A stretch of DNA of 25,089 nt from a virus (lineage: Duplodnaviria > Caudoviricetes), in the IMG/VR virus record IMGVR_UViG_3300044614_000089, positions 1 through 25,089 of that record. One strand, written 5' to 3'. This document shows, piece by piece, positions 1-8,469 of this stretch (positions within the stretch are counted from its first letter, which is position 1; every line of letters starts with the position of its first letter). The position numbers and the translations under genes were made by a program. The notes beneath the pieces are model-generated. The model was not told where the DNA came from, made no database searches, and saw only the letters and a list, made by a program, of their open reading frames with translations.

Positions 1-277
1 TAGTATATAAAGTGTTATCTTTTTTCTTTTCGTGTCTTAAAACAGCGTTAAAATAGGTATTACCATTATAAGTAAATGGTTTTAAAGTGTCTTTAGCAAA
101 TACAGTTAGTAAATCTGTAGTTATATCGTATTTAATAGTAACATTACTACTATCAGTTAAAGTTGTAGTAGTTTCTTTTGAAGTTTCTTGTTTAATTTCA
201 GCTTTATTTACAATAGCTTTTCTGCTACCACAACTAAATAAAAATAAACTAATAATTAATATATAAAGTTTTACCAT
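1..277 (-). CDS. Lipoprotein, probable spanin (partial; runs off the window)
   Basis: Not in the ORF track. ATG at 277 gives MVKLYILIISLFLFSCGSRK..., with lipobox LFS-C; the frame stays open to position 1 and overlaps the endolysin 3' end. Confidence 0.7.
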   Translation of the reverse strand, partial: MVKLYILIISLFLFSCGSRKAIVNKAEIKQETSKETTTTLTDSSNVTIKYDITTDLLTVFAKDTLKPFTYNGNTYFNAVLRHEKKKDNTLYT

Positions 278-701
278 CTTTTTTTATTGCTTTAAGTACT
301 TGCTTTCTGTTTTTACCTTTATTATAAGAAACGTGAACCCAGTCAGGATTCTTATCTGTACCAAACTCCCAAATCATTTGATCAAACTCTAAGTTATTTT
401 TAATATAATCAAATATATCTTTATTAGTAAAACCTGTAGTAGCTACTAAATCTAAAGCTTGACCTTTATTGTGCTGTGATGTTTTAGAACCTCCTACAGC
501 TTTATTTAACTTTTCACTTCTATAACCACTTGAAATTCTAATTGGCTTACCAATACCATCTCTTAAAGGTTGAAATATATTATTAGCTATTTCAATTAAA
601 TTTCTTAAATGCTCATTTGTAGGACTATTATCAATTCCTTTAGCTTTTGCAGTATTAGAATGTATTAATTCCTGTAATGTTAAATTTTTAGTAATTATCA
701 T
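249..701 (-). CDS. Endolysin, peptidase M15 family (zinc peptidase)
   Basis: SSGYRS..LN..VGG...SQH..G.A.D and WVH zinc-peptidase motifs; follows the holin. Confidence 0.9.
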   Translation of the reverse strand: MIITKNLTLQELIHSNTAKAKGIDNSPTNEHLRNLIEIANNIFQPLRDGIGKPIRISSGYRSEKLNKAVGGSKTSQHNKGQALDLVATTGFTNKDIFDYIKNNLEFDQMIWEFGTDKNPDWVHVSYNKGKNRKQVLKAIKKDGKTLYINY

Positions 702-1132
702 TTTAAACTATCTATATCAGTTTTAACTTCTTTAGCTCTTTTCATTAAGTTTTTAAGTAACTTCCAAATATCTACATTTAAAGCTTCTTCTATATTTTCT
801 TTAATTGAAACTAACTCAATAAACACTAAAATAATAGCTATTAACTTTGTAAATAAAAACTGAGTGCTAAAGTGTAGATTTACTAATTCATTTAAAAGAT
901 ATTTATCAATAGTGTATAAACTAATAATAGATACTTGGTATAATAGCATTTTAGAGATAACATTAGAAAGTTTACGGCTTCTGATAGACTGCAACCCGTT
1001 TAACTTTATACTCTTAAAGATACCAGTAAATGTATCTAACATTATCCCAAATGCCACAGCAATAAGTAAGCCCTGAATAGGTGCAAAAAATAAAACTAAA
1101 CCAGTAAGAAAATAACTAAGATATGATTTCAT
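698..1132 (-). CDS. Holin (phage holin 4-like)
   Basis: About three hydrophobic segments, D..TG and ELVSIKEN motifs, basic C-terminus; ATGA overlap with the endolysin. Confidence 0.85.
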   Translation of the reverse strand: MKSYLSYFLTGLVLFFAPIQGLLIAVAFGIMLDTFTGIFKSIKLNGLQSIRSRKLSNVISKMLLYQVSIISLYTIDKYLLNELVNLHFSTQFLFTKLIAIILVFIELVSIKENIEEALNVDIWKLLKNLMKRAKEVKTDIDSLK

Positions 1133-1478
1133 TTTCTAAAGTATTTAAATCTGTTTCTACTTTAGGTTCGTATCCTGCAAAATAATGTTTTGGATTATTA
1201 ACTGTTATTTCGTTTTTACCAAAATCTATTTTGTTTTCACTCATAATATCAAAGTGATAACCATCTGCGTAAATAGGCGCAGTTACTTGATTTAAATCAT
1301 TATCTACAGTTCCATTAACTAAAACAATTAAACCTAATTCAACTACTGCCTGAATTCCATTTCCAAAAGATAAAACTAATTCTTTATCAAAGCTTGTGCT
1401 TTCAATATAAACTCCTTTTTTTAATAAATCTTTTAAAGCAGTTTCTTTATCCGAATATTTTAATTTATATATATACAT
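1116..1478 (-). CDS. Hypothetical protein, possibly fibre-associated or a fibre chaperone
   Basis: 120-aa ORF tightly coupled downstream of the fibre gene; function inferred from position only. Confidence 0.55.
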   Translation of the reverse strand: MYIYKLKYSDKETALKDLLKKGVYIESTSFDKELVLSFGNGIQAVVELGLIVLVNGTVDNDLNQVTAPIYADGYHFDIMSENKIDFGKNEITVNNPKHYFAGYEPKVETDLNTLENEIIS

Positions 1479-1479
1479 T

Positions 1480-2643
1480 TTAAATAGTTGTTAATTGTGC
1501 TAATTCAGCATTAGTTAAACGAGTTTTCCAAAGTGCAGAAGCATTTATATTTTGTCTTCCTATATATTGGCTTACATCATATTGAAAACCGAAACTTGTT
1601 AAAGTTCCTGATACCGAACCACTTGTGTCTGTTCCTACTTGAACACCATCAGAATATAAAACAAAATCATTATTTTTATAAGCAAAAGCAAATTTGTGCC
1701 TACCATTTTGTAAACTTGTTGTCCAAACAACTAAACCTGTAAAAGTAGAACCATTATTATAAGCTCCAATAAGTCCTGCAGGCGTTATTTCTATAAACGC
1801 AGAAGAAGTTCCTTTAGCATATAATAAAACAGGTTCATTTATTTGAGCAGATATATTATCAATATTAGTATCAATAAACATCGTACCCTCTGTTTGCCCT
1901 ATTAAAGAAGTTATTGCACTTTTAGAAATAACATCAGCATTACGAGTTACTGCAGCTGTAGTTGTAGGTATATAAGAAGTAGCGTAAGAACCTAATTCTA
2001 ATTGTATACCTGATATTTTAAAAGTTTTAAGCGTTTGACTTGAGTATCTAACAATTCCAAAATATCCCGGAGTACCATTACCTACAGTAGTTGCACTTAT
2101 TCTATAAATATTATTTCCAATTAAAGTAACTTTTAAATTATCAGGTGCAATATTTCCTTTAGCTACAAAACTTAAATTACCTAAAGAACTATTAACTCCT
2201 AAAACAGGTGCTGAATTATCATCCATTTTAATAAAGCAAGATAATGTATAAACTTGTGATAAAGTTGTAGTTGCAGTTTTATAAAAATAAGTTGTTCCTG
2301 TTGAAGGTACTTGTATAGAATTAGAAAATCCATTTATAGAAGGTGATGCATTTGTACAATTAGCACTAATATCATAAGTAGATAAATTACCTTCGCTATA
2401 AGTTAATAAATTAGTCCTTTGTGGCTCAACTAAAATACTCGGACAAGTTGAATTTAAATAATCTAATCTTGGTACATTATTAGCTACGCTTTCAATTAAA
2501 CCTGCACTATTTACTCTCGTTGCTGTTGTTGCTCTAGTAACAGTTAAATCACCACTTCCATCAGTAGGAATTATGCTATATAATTTTGATGCTTTCGTTC
2601 CGTTTGGTGTAACTACCAAAGAAGCACTATCAAATAAACTCAT
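1480..2643 (-). CDS. Tail fibre / receptor-binding protein with a LamG/ConA-like C-terminal domain
   Basis: Ser/Thr/Gly/Asn-rich, beta-type sequence; TRATTATRVN...VEPQRTNL and QLE.GSYATSYIPT modules; C-terminal HK.A.AY....LY.DG and RLTNAEL..LT pattern. Confidence 0.7.
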   Translation of the reverse strand: MSLFDSASLVVTPNGTKASKLYSIIPTDGSGDLTVTRATTATRVNSAGLIESVANNVPRLDYLNSTCPSILVEPQRTNLLTYSEGNLSTYDISANCTNASPSINGFSNSIQVPSTGTTYFYKTATTTLSQVYTLSCFIKMDDNSAPVLGVNSSLGNLSFVAKGNIAPDNLKVTLIGNNIYRISATTVGNGTPGYFGIVRYSSQTLKTFKISGIQLELGSYATSYIPTTTAAVTRNADVISKSAITSLIGQTEGTMFIDTNIDNISAQINEPVLLYAKGTSSAFIEITPAGLIGAYNNGSTFTGLVVWTTSLQNGRHKFAFAYKNNDFVLYSDGVQVGTDTSGSVSGTLTSFGFQYDVSQYIGRQNINASALWKTRLTNAELAQLTTI

Positions 2644-2876
2644 ATATTTTCTATTGTATTAATTAAACATTGTTTTGCTTCAAATGTACCGCTATCAGTA
2701 TCTACTCTAGCCATAAAGTCAATTACTGATTCGTATTCATTACCTAGTAATTCAGTTTCTCCACTCCAACTAACTGAGTAAACACTACCCCAACCGATAT
2801 TATTATTTATAGCACCTTGACCCCAACCTATATCGTTGTTGTTTACACCTTGACCCCAATCTATATTATTTGCCAT
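2640..2876 (-). CDS. Small virion-associated protein with three I(D/G)WG repeats
   Basis: NNIDWGQG / NDIGWGQG / NNIGWGSV repeats; ATGA overlap with the fibre gene. Confidence 0.7.
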   Translation of the reverse strand: MANNIDWGQGVNNNDIGWGQGAINNNIGWGSVYSVSWSGETELLGNEYESVIDFMARVDTDSGTFEAKQCLINTIENI

Positions 2877-2964
2877 TTTCTATTTTTTTTAAAAACAATT
2901 CTAGCTTTTGTTTATTTTCTTCTTTAGGTTTATAGTTACCTACTTTTTTTCTTTTTTTCTCCAT
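2866..2964 (-). CDS. Small basic hypothetical protein (32 aa)
   Basis: Read by hand: MEKKRKKVGNYKPKEENKQKLELFLKKIENGK*. The ATG directly follows the upstream TAA and the ORF fills the gap exactly. Confidence 0.55.
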   Translation of the reverse strand: MEKKRKKVGNYKPKEENKQKLELFLKKIENGK

Positions 2965-3477
2965 TTACAAAACCCAAGATCCATAAAAATTATTAGTATC
3001 AGGGTTCATATCATCATTTGAATTAGAATTATATTCTGGGAACTCTGATTGTTGAAAACACATATAATCAATAAAGCGTTGTGTATAGTGTTCTGCTATA
3101 TCTCTCTCTTTTTCTACTAAATAATCTATTTCGTTTTTTTCTACATTAGTAGAGTTTTCCGAGTTATGTTTGTAAACACCTTTATTAGCTATTGTATAAG
3201 CTGCAAAAGGCAAATAGTGAACCATACTCCAGTGTATTAACATTGGTTTAATATAGGTAGTTAAAAGCGTTTTATACTTTAAAAACTCTGCATCGTTAAT
3301 ATCACCATCAATAATTAAAGTTTGAAACTTATTATATAAATCAGTTCCTAAATAATTTTGTATAGTAATATCCTGTGCTATCTTTATATATTGAATAAAG
3401 TCATCTACATCTAAATTTCCATTTAGTATAGTAAACTTTTTTACATCCTCTGTACTTATTAATAGTGCGTAAGCCAT
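2965..3477 (-). CDS. Probable head-tail adaptor/connector
   Basis: 170-aa helical protein right after the portal; AQD..IQ.YLGT.LY pattern; call is partly positional. Confidence 0.6.
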   Translation of the reverse strand: MAYALLISTEDVKKFTILNGNLDVDDFIQYIKIAQDITIQNYLGTDLYNKFQTLIIDGDINDAEFLKYKTLLTTYIKPMLIHWSMVHYLPFAAYTIANKGVYKHNSENSTNVEKNEIDYLVEKERDIAEHYTQRFIDYMCFQQSEFPEYNSNSNDDMNPDTNNFYGSWVL

Positions 3478-3479
3478 AT

Positions 3480-5270
3480 CTATTTTTTATAATTTGGGTG
3501 GTGTCCGTTATTTGGCATATCGTAAGGTTTCATAGATACTTCTTTTGGGTTTCTTACTCTATATCCATATTTTTCAGCTTTATTAGTAGAAATAGTTGTA
3601 GCATTAGGGTTAGTTACATCTATATTTACATTTTCAAAAGAAACATAAGTTTGTCTTAACCATTTGTGCTTACAATTAACTCCACCTTTGTAAAGGAATA
3701 AATCGTAATTATTACCATTGTGGCCTTGACCTGGATTCACTTCATTAGAAGAAGTTTGTTTAATATCTTCTTTTCTATAAAGTTTATCAGCTTTTAACAT
3801 TTTATTGCAAAATTCTCTTTCTCCTACTAAATCACCACTATATTTGTAGCGTGTAATAAATTTAATTCCATCGATATTTTTATCTTGGCTAGATTTTGAG
3901 TTTGGTCTTGCAATAATAGTAGAAGCTAAATCTAACATTTTAGAAAGTAGATTTTTATCTTTTTTACTTTTTTGATTTAAGAAATCTATTTCAGCATCTA
4001 ATTCATCTTCTAAATCTTGGTCTACTTCGCTTTCATCAATTAATATCCATTCAGCACCTAAGCTTTCACCTTTACTAATTAAACTATCTGCTATATCCAC
4101 AGAAGTATCCTTATCACTTGAACAACATACTGCAGCCATTTTGACACCAGTTTCTTCTTCATTAGTTGTAGCATTAGCAGTATTAACATCGATAAAATCT
4201 AATGGTTGTATTGTTTTAAAATATAAGTTTAATGCTATATCATTTACAGCTAAAATAGCATCTAAAGCATCTATAATTTCTATTTGGTATGGTCTAATAA
4301 CGATGTTATCAAATAATCTAGTTGCAGTTTCAATTTCATCTGCATTATTACCTAAACCACCTCCCGTATCTCTAATTCCTAACAACATAGGTGAAGTAAC
4401 TCTATGACCTACAATTAACTTCTCAAAACATTCAGTAGAAAGGTACTCGTAGTGTGCAGGTGCATCGTTTAAAGGTATATCATCAACAGTAGTTTTATTC
4501 TCTAATGAAGCATTAAAAGATACAATTACTTTATCTCCTTTAGCACCTGTTAATTTACGCTTAACATCATTTGCAATTTCTTGTCTTTTTTCTTCTGGTG
4601 GTATATTGTTATTGAAGTTAATTACTTTAGTACCACTAAAACCATTCATTACATCATTAATCAAGTAATCTGCAATTTCTTCTTCTAGTTTAGCGTATGG
4701 TAAAGCACCTGAATAATCTATTGGAGTATAATAGTGATAACCTGATACATAAGGTTTAATAACATAAATTTCTACTTCGTTACCATTACCAAAACCAAAA
4801 GCAGGAATACGCTTTAAAACATCTCCATTTCTGTATTTACTCCAATCGTGGTGATAGTACCACGCTTCAATTTCACCTTTGTCATTACACTTTTCAGCCC
4901 TTAAAGTGTTCATAGGAAAATGTTCTACTCTAGTTACTTTACCTTTTGAGTAAATAACCTGCATAGAAGCCATTCCTAATAACTTTCTTTCTAAAGCTAC
5001 TTTCTTTAAGCAATCACCTTTTATAATAGACATCATTTGTGCGTACTGATCTGGCTTTCTATTTGAATCAGTTGCAGAAATACCTTTACCATATATCATA
5101 TTGGTAACACCAGTAATAATAGCGTGGTTAGTATTAGAATAAAGATACCTATCAATTAAATACTGAAAGTAATTATTATCAGTTCCGTATTGTACAAAAT
5201 CTTTATTTTTGCTTTCTTCTATTATAGGAGATGTATAAGCACTTAAATTTAAAATGTGTATGTTATTCAT
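3480..5270 (-). CDS. Portal protein with a C-terminal extension (minor-head/MuF-like)
   Basis: N-terminal ~370 aa are portal-like (YGTDNNY, HAII, YY..IDY, HRVTSPMLLG, I.PYQ..I); ~220-aa extension with REFC..M and YKGGVNCKHKW. Confidence 0.8.
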   Translation of the reverse strand: MNNIHILNLSAYTSPIIEESKNKDFVQYGTDNNYFQYLIDRYLYSNTNHAIITGVTNMIYGKGISATDSNRKPDQYAQMMSIIKGDCLKKVALERKLLGMASMQVIYSKGKVTRVEHFPMNTLRAEKCNDKGEIEAWYYHHDWSKYRNGDVLKRIPAFGFGNGNEVEIYVIKPYVSGYHYYTPIDYSGALPYAKLEEEIADYLINDVMNGFSGTKVINFNNNIPPEEKRQEIANDVKRKLTGAKGDKVIVSFNASLENKTTVDDIPLNDAPAHYEYLSTECFEKLIVGHRVTSPMLLGIRDTGGGLGNNADEIETATRLFDNIVIRPYQIEIIDALDAILAVNDIALNLYFKTIQPLDFIDVNTANATTNEEETGVKMAAVCCSSDKDTSVDIADSLISKGESLGAEWILIDESEVDQDLEDELDAEIDFLNQKSKKDKNLLSKMLDLASTIIARPNSKSSQDKNIDGIKFITRYKYSGDLVGEREFCNKMLKADKLYRKEDIKQTSSNEVNPGQGHNGNNYDLFLYKGGVNCKHKWLRQTYVSFENVNIDVTNPNATTISTNKAEKYGYRVRNPKEVSMKPYDMPNNGHHPNYKK

Positions 5271-5592
5271 AAATTATAAATTCGTTATCTGTAGTATGCT
5301 CTACATAAGCATCCTTGTTTATAGTATAATCTGCTATAGTTTGGTTAGTGCAAAAAGCTAAACCTGTATAAACTACATTAGAATTATTTTTAACTTTTAT
5401 AGTATAGTATTTATTTTCTAAAACATCTAAAACTACGCTAGTTTGAATATAGTATTTAGAAGTAGTAAATGTGCAATTAACTTCTGTTTCTACATTTGTT
5501 TCTTCATCAATTAAAACTATAGAAGTAGCAGTAGTACCATTTACAATAAATCGTAATGTTTGTACTCCTACTTGTTCTTTTAGTATTATCAT
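5263..5592 (-). CDS. Hypothetical virion protein (possibly head closure)
   Basis: 109-aa beta-rich ORF overlapping the portal start, behind a late-promoter motif. Confidence 0.55.
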   Translation of the reverse strand: MIILKEQVGVQTLRFIVNGTTATSIVLIDEETNVETEVNCTFTTSKYYIQTSVVLDVLENKYYTIKVKNNSNVVYTGLAFCTNQTIADYTINKDAYVEHTTDNEFIIYE

Positions 5593-5600
5593 TGTTTTAT

Positions 5601-5630
5601 TTTAAAAATTAAAAAACTACAAATTTGTTA
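5601..5630 (-). promoter_or_regulatory. Putative late promoter (ACAA-N15-ATTTTTAAA)
   Basis: One of five copies; lies immediately downstream of a terminator and upstream of the portal operon. Confidence 0.65.
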
Positions 5631-5635
5631 TAACT

Positions 5636-5662
5636 AAAAAAGGGCAGCAAAAAGCCACCCTT
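5636..5662 (-). terminator. Rho-independent terminator
   Basis: Minus strand AAAGGGTGGC-TTTT-GCTGCCCTTT followed by a T run, after the tail-tube gene. Confidence 0.8.
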
Positions 5663-5683
5663 TAAAAGTAATATAATTAAATA

Positions 5684-6211
5684 TTAAGATCCAACAACAA
5701 CAGTAAACCCTGCACCTACCAAAGTATCTCCGATAAAGTTAGCTGGTACTGGTTCCATACCTGTAAGAGTCAAAGTGTAACCACTCAAATCTCCCATAGC
5801 ACCACCTGTTACGATAGTACCACCAGTTACATCCATTCCGTGTTTTAATCCTGCATAAAAGAAATTACCATTGTTATCTTCAACAATAACTTGAGGGCGA
5901 CCATAGGCCATCAATTTAAGTTGTTTGTTATCTACAATAGATAATTTTTTAAATGTTAAAGCCAATACTTGTTCAAAGAATGTAGTTCCATTCTCTCTTG
6001 AACTATTTACATTTTGTGTAAATGTAGAAGCACCTTTTAAATCGTATTTATAAGCTGTAGGAGTACCAGCAACATCGTCAATAACATCTGTATTAGTGCC
6101 GTTGTAAGTGTACCCTGTAGCATCACCATAATTTACGAAATAAACAGCTTTCAAGCCACCTACTGAATCCTTACAAGGTTCAATTCTGCCTAAACTTAAG
6201 TCGCAAGCCAT
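5684..6211 (-). CDS. Probable major tail tube protein
   Basis: 175 aa, MAC...C...GG start, NGT.F.EQ and GYTLTL.G.E beta patterns; flanked by terminators; follows the capsid gene. Confidence 0.6.
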   Translation of the reverse strand: MACDLSLGRIEPCKDSVGGLKAVYFVNYGDATGYTYNGTNTDVIDDVAGTPTAYKYDLKGASTFTQNVNSSRENGTTFFEQVLALTFKKLSIVDNKQLKLMAYGRPQVIVEDNNGNFFYAGLKHGMDVTGGTIVTGGAMGDLSGYTLTLTGMEPVPANFIGDTLVGAGFTVVVGS

Positions 6212-6237
6212 ATATATGTTTTTTTAAAGTTATTAAT

Positions 6238-6272
6238 AAAAAAAAGGATGGTGTTTATTCCACCACCCTTTT
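6238..6272 (-). terminator. Rho-independent terminator after the major capsid gene
   Basis: Minus strand AAAAGGGTGGTG-GAATAAA-CACCATCC followed by T8. Confidence 0.85.
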
Positions 6273-6292
6273 AAGTTTAATCTTACTAATTA

Positions 6293-7246
6293 TTAGTTAG
6301 CAGAGTTAGTAATTCCGTAAGTTACGATATCTTGTACATTTCCATATTGTACACCAGCAGTAAATCTAGCTACGACTCTTACATTTTCAGAACCGTCTAA
6401 ATCAGCCATATCAATTAATTTAACAGTATTCAAGTCGTTTAATAAACCTGTACCGAAATATAAGTTAGATTTTTCAGCAGCAATAGCAGTGTTAGCAGCC
6501 ATACCGTTACAAACGAATATTTTAACACCATCAAAAGTAAGTGATCCGTTATTCCACCATTGAGTACCCATAGTGTTAGTACCATTAGCACCTAAACCTG
6601 AAGCACCAAAACCACCTAATGCTCTTACATAAGCTTTAGCAATGTTTTGAGATACATAGATATGTAAATCCTCTTTTCCGTAAAGTGCAGCTGGTAAAGC
6701 ATCAACGATTTTTCCTAATTCAGCAATAACATTTGCAGCAGTAACTGTAGTTCCAGCAACTTCTTGTGCAGTAGGTAAAGCAGCATCAGCAGCTAACAAA
6801 GTAGCAAATCCGTTGAATTCACCTGCATTAGCAGTAACACCTCTCCAGATGTTTTGTTCTGTTTTTTCAGCAACTTTAGCTGCGACGTGTGATAAGATAT
6901 AGTCAGCAAATGATGGAGGTAAAGAGTCAAATGCAGAGTATCCCATTTGTACTGCTTCCCAATCAGATTTGAAATCGCTTTTGCAAAGTTGTAGATTTAC
7001 TTGAAATTCCTCTGGTTGAAGGATTCTTTCAGTTAAAGTTACAGTAGAAGTAGCATCAAAATCACAAGTTGCGTTTTTAACGATTGCATCAGTAGCAAGT
7101 TTTTTAATTACTTCTTTGTATTTTACATTTGGTTTTACTTCAATACCACCGTTTTCGATAGTAGAAGCTGATAATAAAGCAGCAGAAATATATTTCCCTG
7201 CAAATTCACCAGCATAAGTAGTTGTAATTGATGTTGTAGTCGCCAT
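6293..7246 (-). CDS. Major capsid protein
   Basis: 317 aa, Ala/Gly-rich, downstream of protease and scaffold, followed by a strong terminator; double TAA TAA stop. Confidence 0.8.
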   Translation of the reverse strand: MATTTSITTTYAGEFAGKYISAALLSASTIENGGIEVKPNVKYKEVIKKLATDAIVKNATCDFDATSTVTLTERILQPEEFQVNLQLCKSDFKSDWEAVQMGYSAFDSLPPSFADYILSHVAAKVAEKTEQNIWRGVTANAGEFNGFATLLAADAALPTAQEVAGTTVTAANVIAELGKIVDALPAALYGKEDLHIYVSQNIAKAYVRALGGFGASGLGANGTNTMGTQWWNNGSLTFDGVKIFVCNGMAANTAIAAEKSNLYFGTGLLNDLNTVKLIDMADLDGSENVRVVARFTAGVQYGNVQDIVTYGITNSAN

Positions 7247-7271
7247 CTTTTTTAGTGTTTAATTTTAATTA

Positions 7272-7850
7272 TTATTTAATTTTTGAAATTTTACTTAACA
7301 CAGTATCAAAAGTATTTTTAGTTCTTGATTGTGAGTATAAGTTTAATTTAACCTCAGCAGTTGCTTCTGGGTTGTGGGTTAAAGGTTGTGCAGATAATTC
7401 TACAACTTCTTCTACTTGTGTTAAAGAAGCTAACTCAGTTTTTAAAGCTTCAATTTCTGCTTTTAAAGCATCTACTTCTTCTTTAGAAAAATGAGATTCT
7501 CTAATTGTAGATTCAATAACCTTTTTAGGTGTTGAAGTTTCAGCAGCCATTTCTTCTTCAGCAGCAGGTGCAATTTCTACCTCTACTTCAACTTCTGGTT
7601 CAGACTCAGGCATTTCTGCTTCTTTAACTTCAGCAATAATACCCTCTTCAACAACGATAAGCATCATACCATCTTCTAGCTTGTACTCACCAACTGGTAA
7701 AGCGATACGATCTTCTTCGTTAACGATAAAAACAGGCATACCAGCTTCAAAAGCTTCAGCTTCTAAAACCGTTCCGTTATCTAACTTCATTTGAGCAAGT
7801 TTTACTTCCATACCCAAAATGGTTTTGATTTGATTAATTACATTTGACAT
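7272..7850 (-). CDS. Capsid scaffolding protein
   Basis: Very acidic; P.GEYKLEDG..L.V.EEG.I N-domain, coiled coil and short basic C-terminal helix; directly upstream of the capsid gene. Confidence 0.7.
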   Translation of the reverse strand: MSNVINQIKTILGMEVKLAQMKLDNGTVLEAEAFEAGMPVFIVNEEDRIALPVGEYKLEDGMMLIVVEEGIIAEVKEAEMPESEPEVEVEVEIAPAAEEEMAAETSTPKKVIESTIRESHFSKEEVDALKAEIEALKTELASLTQVEEVVELSAQPLTHNPEATAEVKLNLYSQSRTKNTFDTVLSKISKIK

Positions 7851-7866
7851 ATTTACTTAATTTAAA

Positions 7867-8232
7867 TTAATTTCTAGGTTTCCAATCTGTAGGGTTTCCA
7901 ATTTTAGTCCTTAAACCTGACATTTCAGAAATAGCAGTTTTTAATCTATCTACTTCAGCACCTTTAATTCCTAAATCAACAATAGCTTTTAAAGTTTCCT
8001 TTCCATCATTTACAACAATAAAATAAGAAGATACAAAATCTTCAGATATTGCTGATAATTGTTTAGTTACACTATCATATTGTTGTTTAGCTGAATCAAA
8101 TTGTTTATTTAAAGCAATACCTTTTTCATAAGCTTTTTCAATTTCTGCTATTGATTTAGCTAATTTTACTTCGTGTAAAGACAAATCAGTTTTAAATAAC
8201 TTGTTCGTAATGTTGTTTAATTCGTTACGCAT
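7867..8232 (-). CDS. Helical hypothetical protein, candidate internal head protein with an EVKLA leader
   Basis: 121 aa between a late promoter and the scaffold; residues 21-25 are EVKLA. Confidence 0.6.
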   Translation of the reverse strand: MRNELNNITNKLFKTDLSLHEVKLAKSIAEIEKAYEKGIALNKQFDSAKQQYDSVTKQLSAISEDFVSSYFIVVNDGKETLKAIVDLGIKGAEVDRLKTAISEMSGLRTKIGNPTDWKPRN

Positions 8233-8241
8233 TGTTTTTGT

Positions 8242-8270
8242 TTTAAAAATTAATAATTATTTATTTGTTA
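8242..8270 (-). promoter_or_regulatory. Putative late promoter (ACAA-N14-ATTTTTAAA)
   Basis: Repeated motif, upstream of the 121-aa/scaffold/capsid genes. Confidence 0.65.
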
Positions 8271-8275
8271 TATTT

Positions 8276-8467
8276 TTAACCTCTTGAGTTACTTATTACT
8301 CTAGCTGTATTAGCATTAGTTACTTGACTTACACCTTGACTTACTAAAGTACCTACTCCTTGATTTAATAAATCTCCGTTGCAGCATTCTGCTTTATAAG
8401 TTCCGTCATCACATAGACAACCTCTTCTGCCATTTTCAGGGCTTGTTTTACTTTTTGTTTTTTTCAT
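8276..8467 (-). CDS. Small Cys-rich head-module protein
   Basis: 63 aa containing GCLCDDGTYKAECCNG; tightly packed in the head operon. Confidence 0.65.
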   Translation of the reverse strand: MKKTKSKTSPENGRRGCLCDDGTYKAECCNGDLLNQGVGTLVSQGVSQVTNANTARVISNSRG

Positions 8468-8469
8468 TT

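Noticed and set aside
1480-2643. Diversity-generating retroelement or invertible fibre cassette
   Set aside because: No reverse transcriptase, template repeat, invertase or flanking inverted repeats seen in the window.
2640-2650. -1 frameshift fusing the 78-aa protein to the fibre
   Set aside because: The frames are compatible but there is no slippery heptamer (GAA AAT ATA TGA); ATGA translational coupling explains the junction.
2880-2896. TTTTTAAAAAAAA run in the 32-aa ORF as a frameshift into the 78-aa gene
   Set aside because: The downstream gene is in the +1 frame, so a -1 slip would not fuse them; such runs are common at this AT content.
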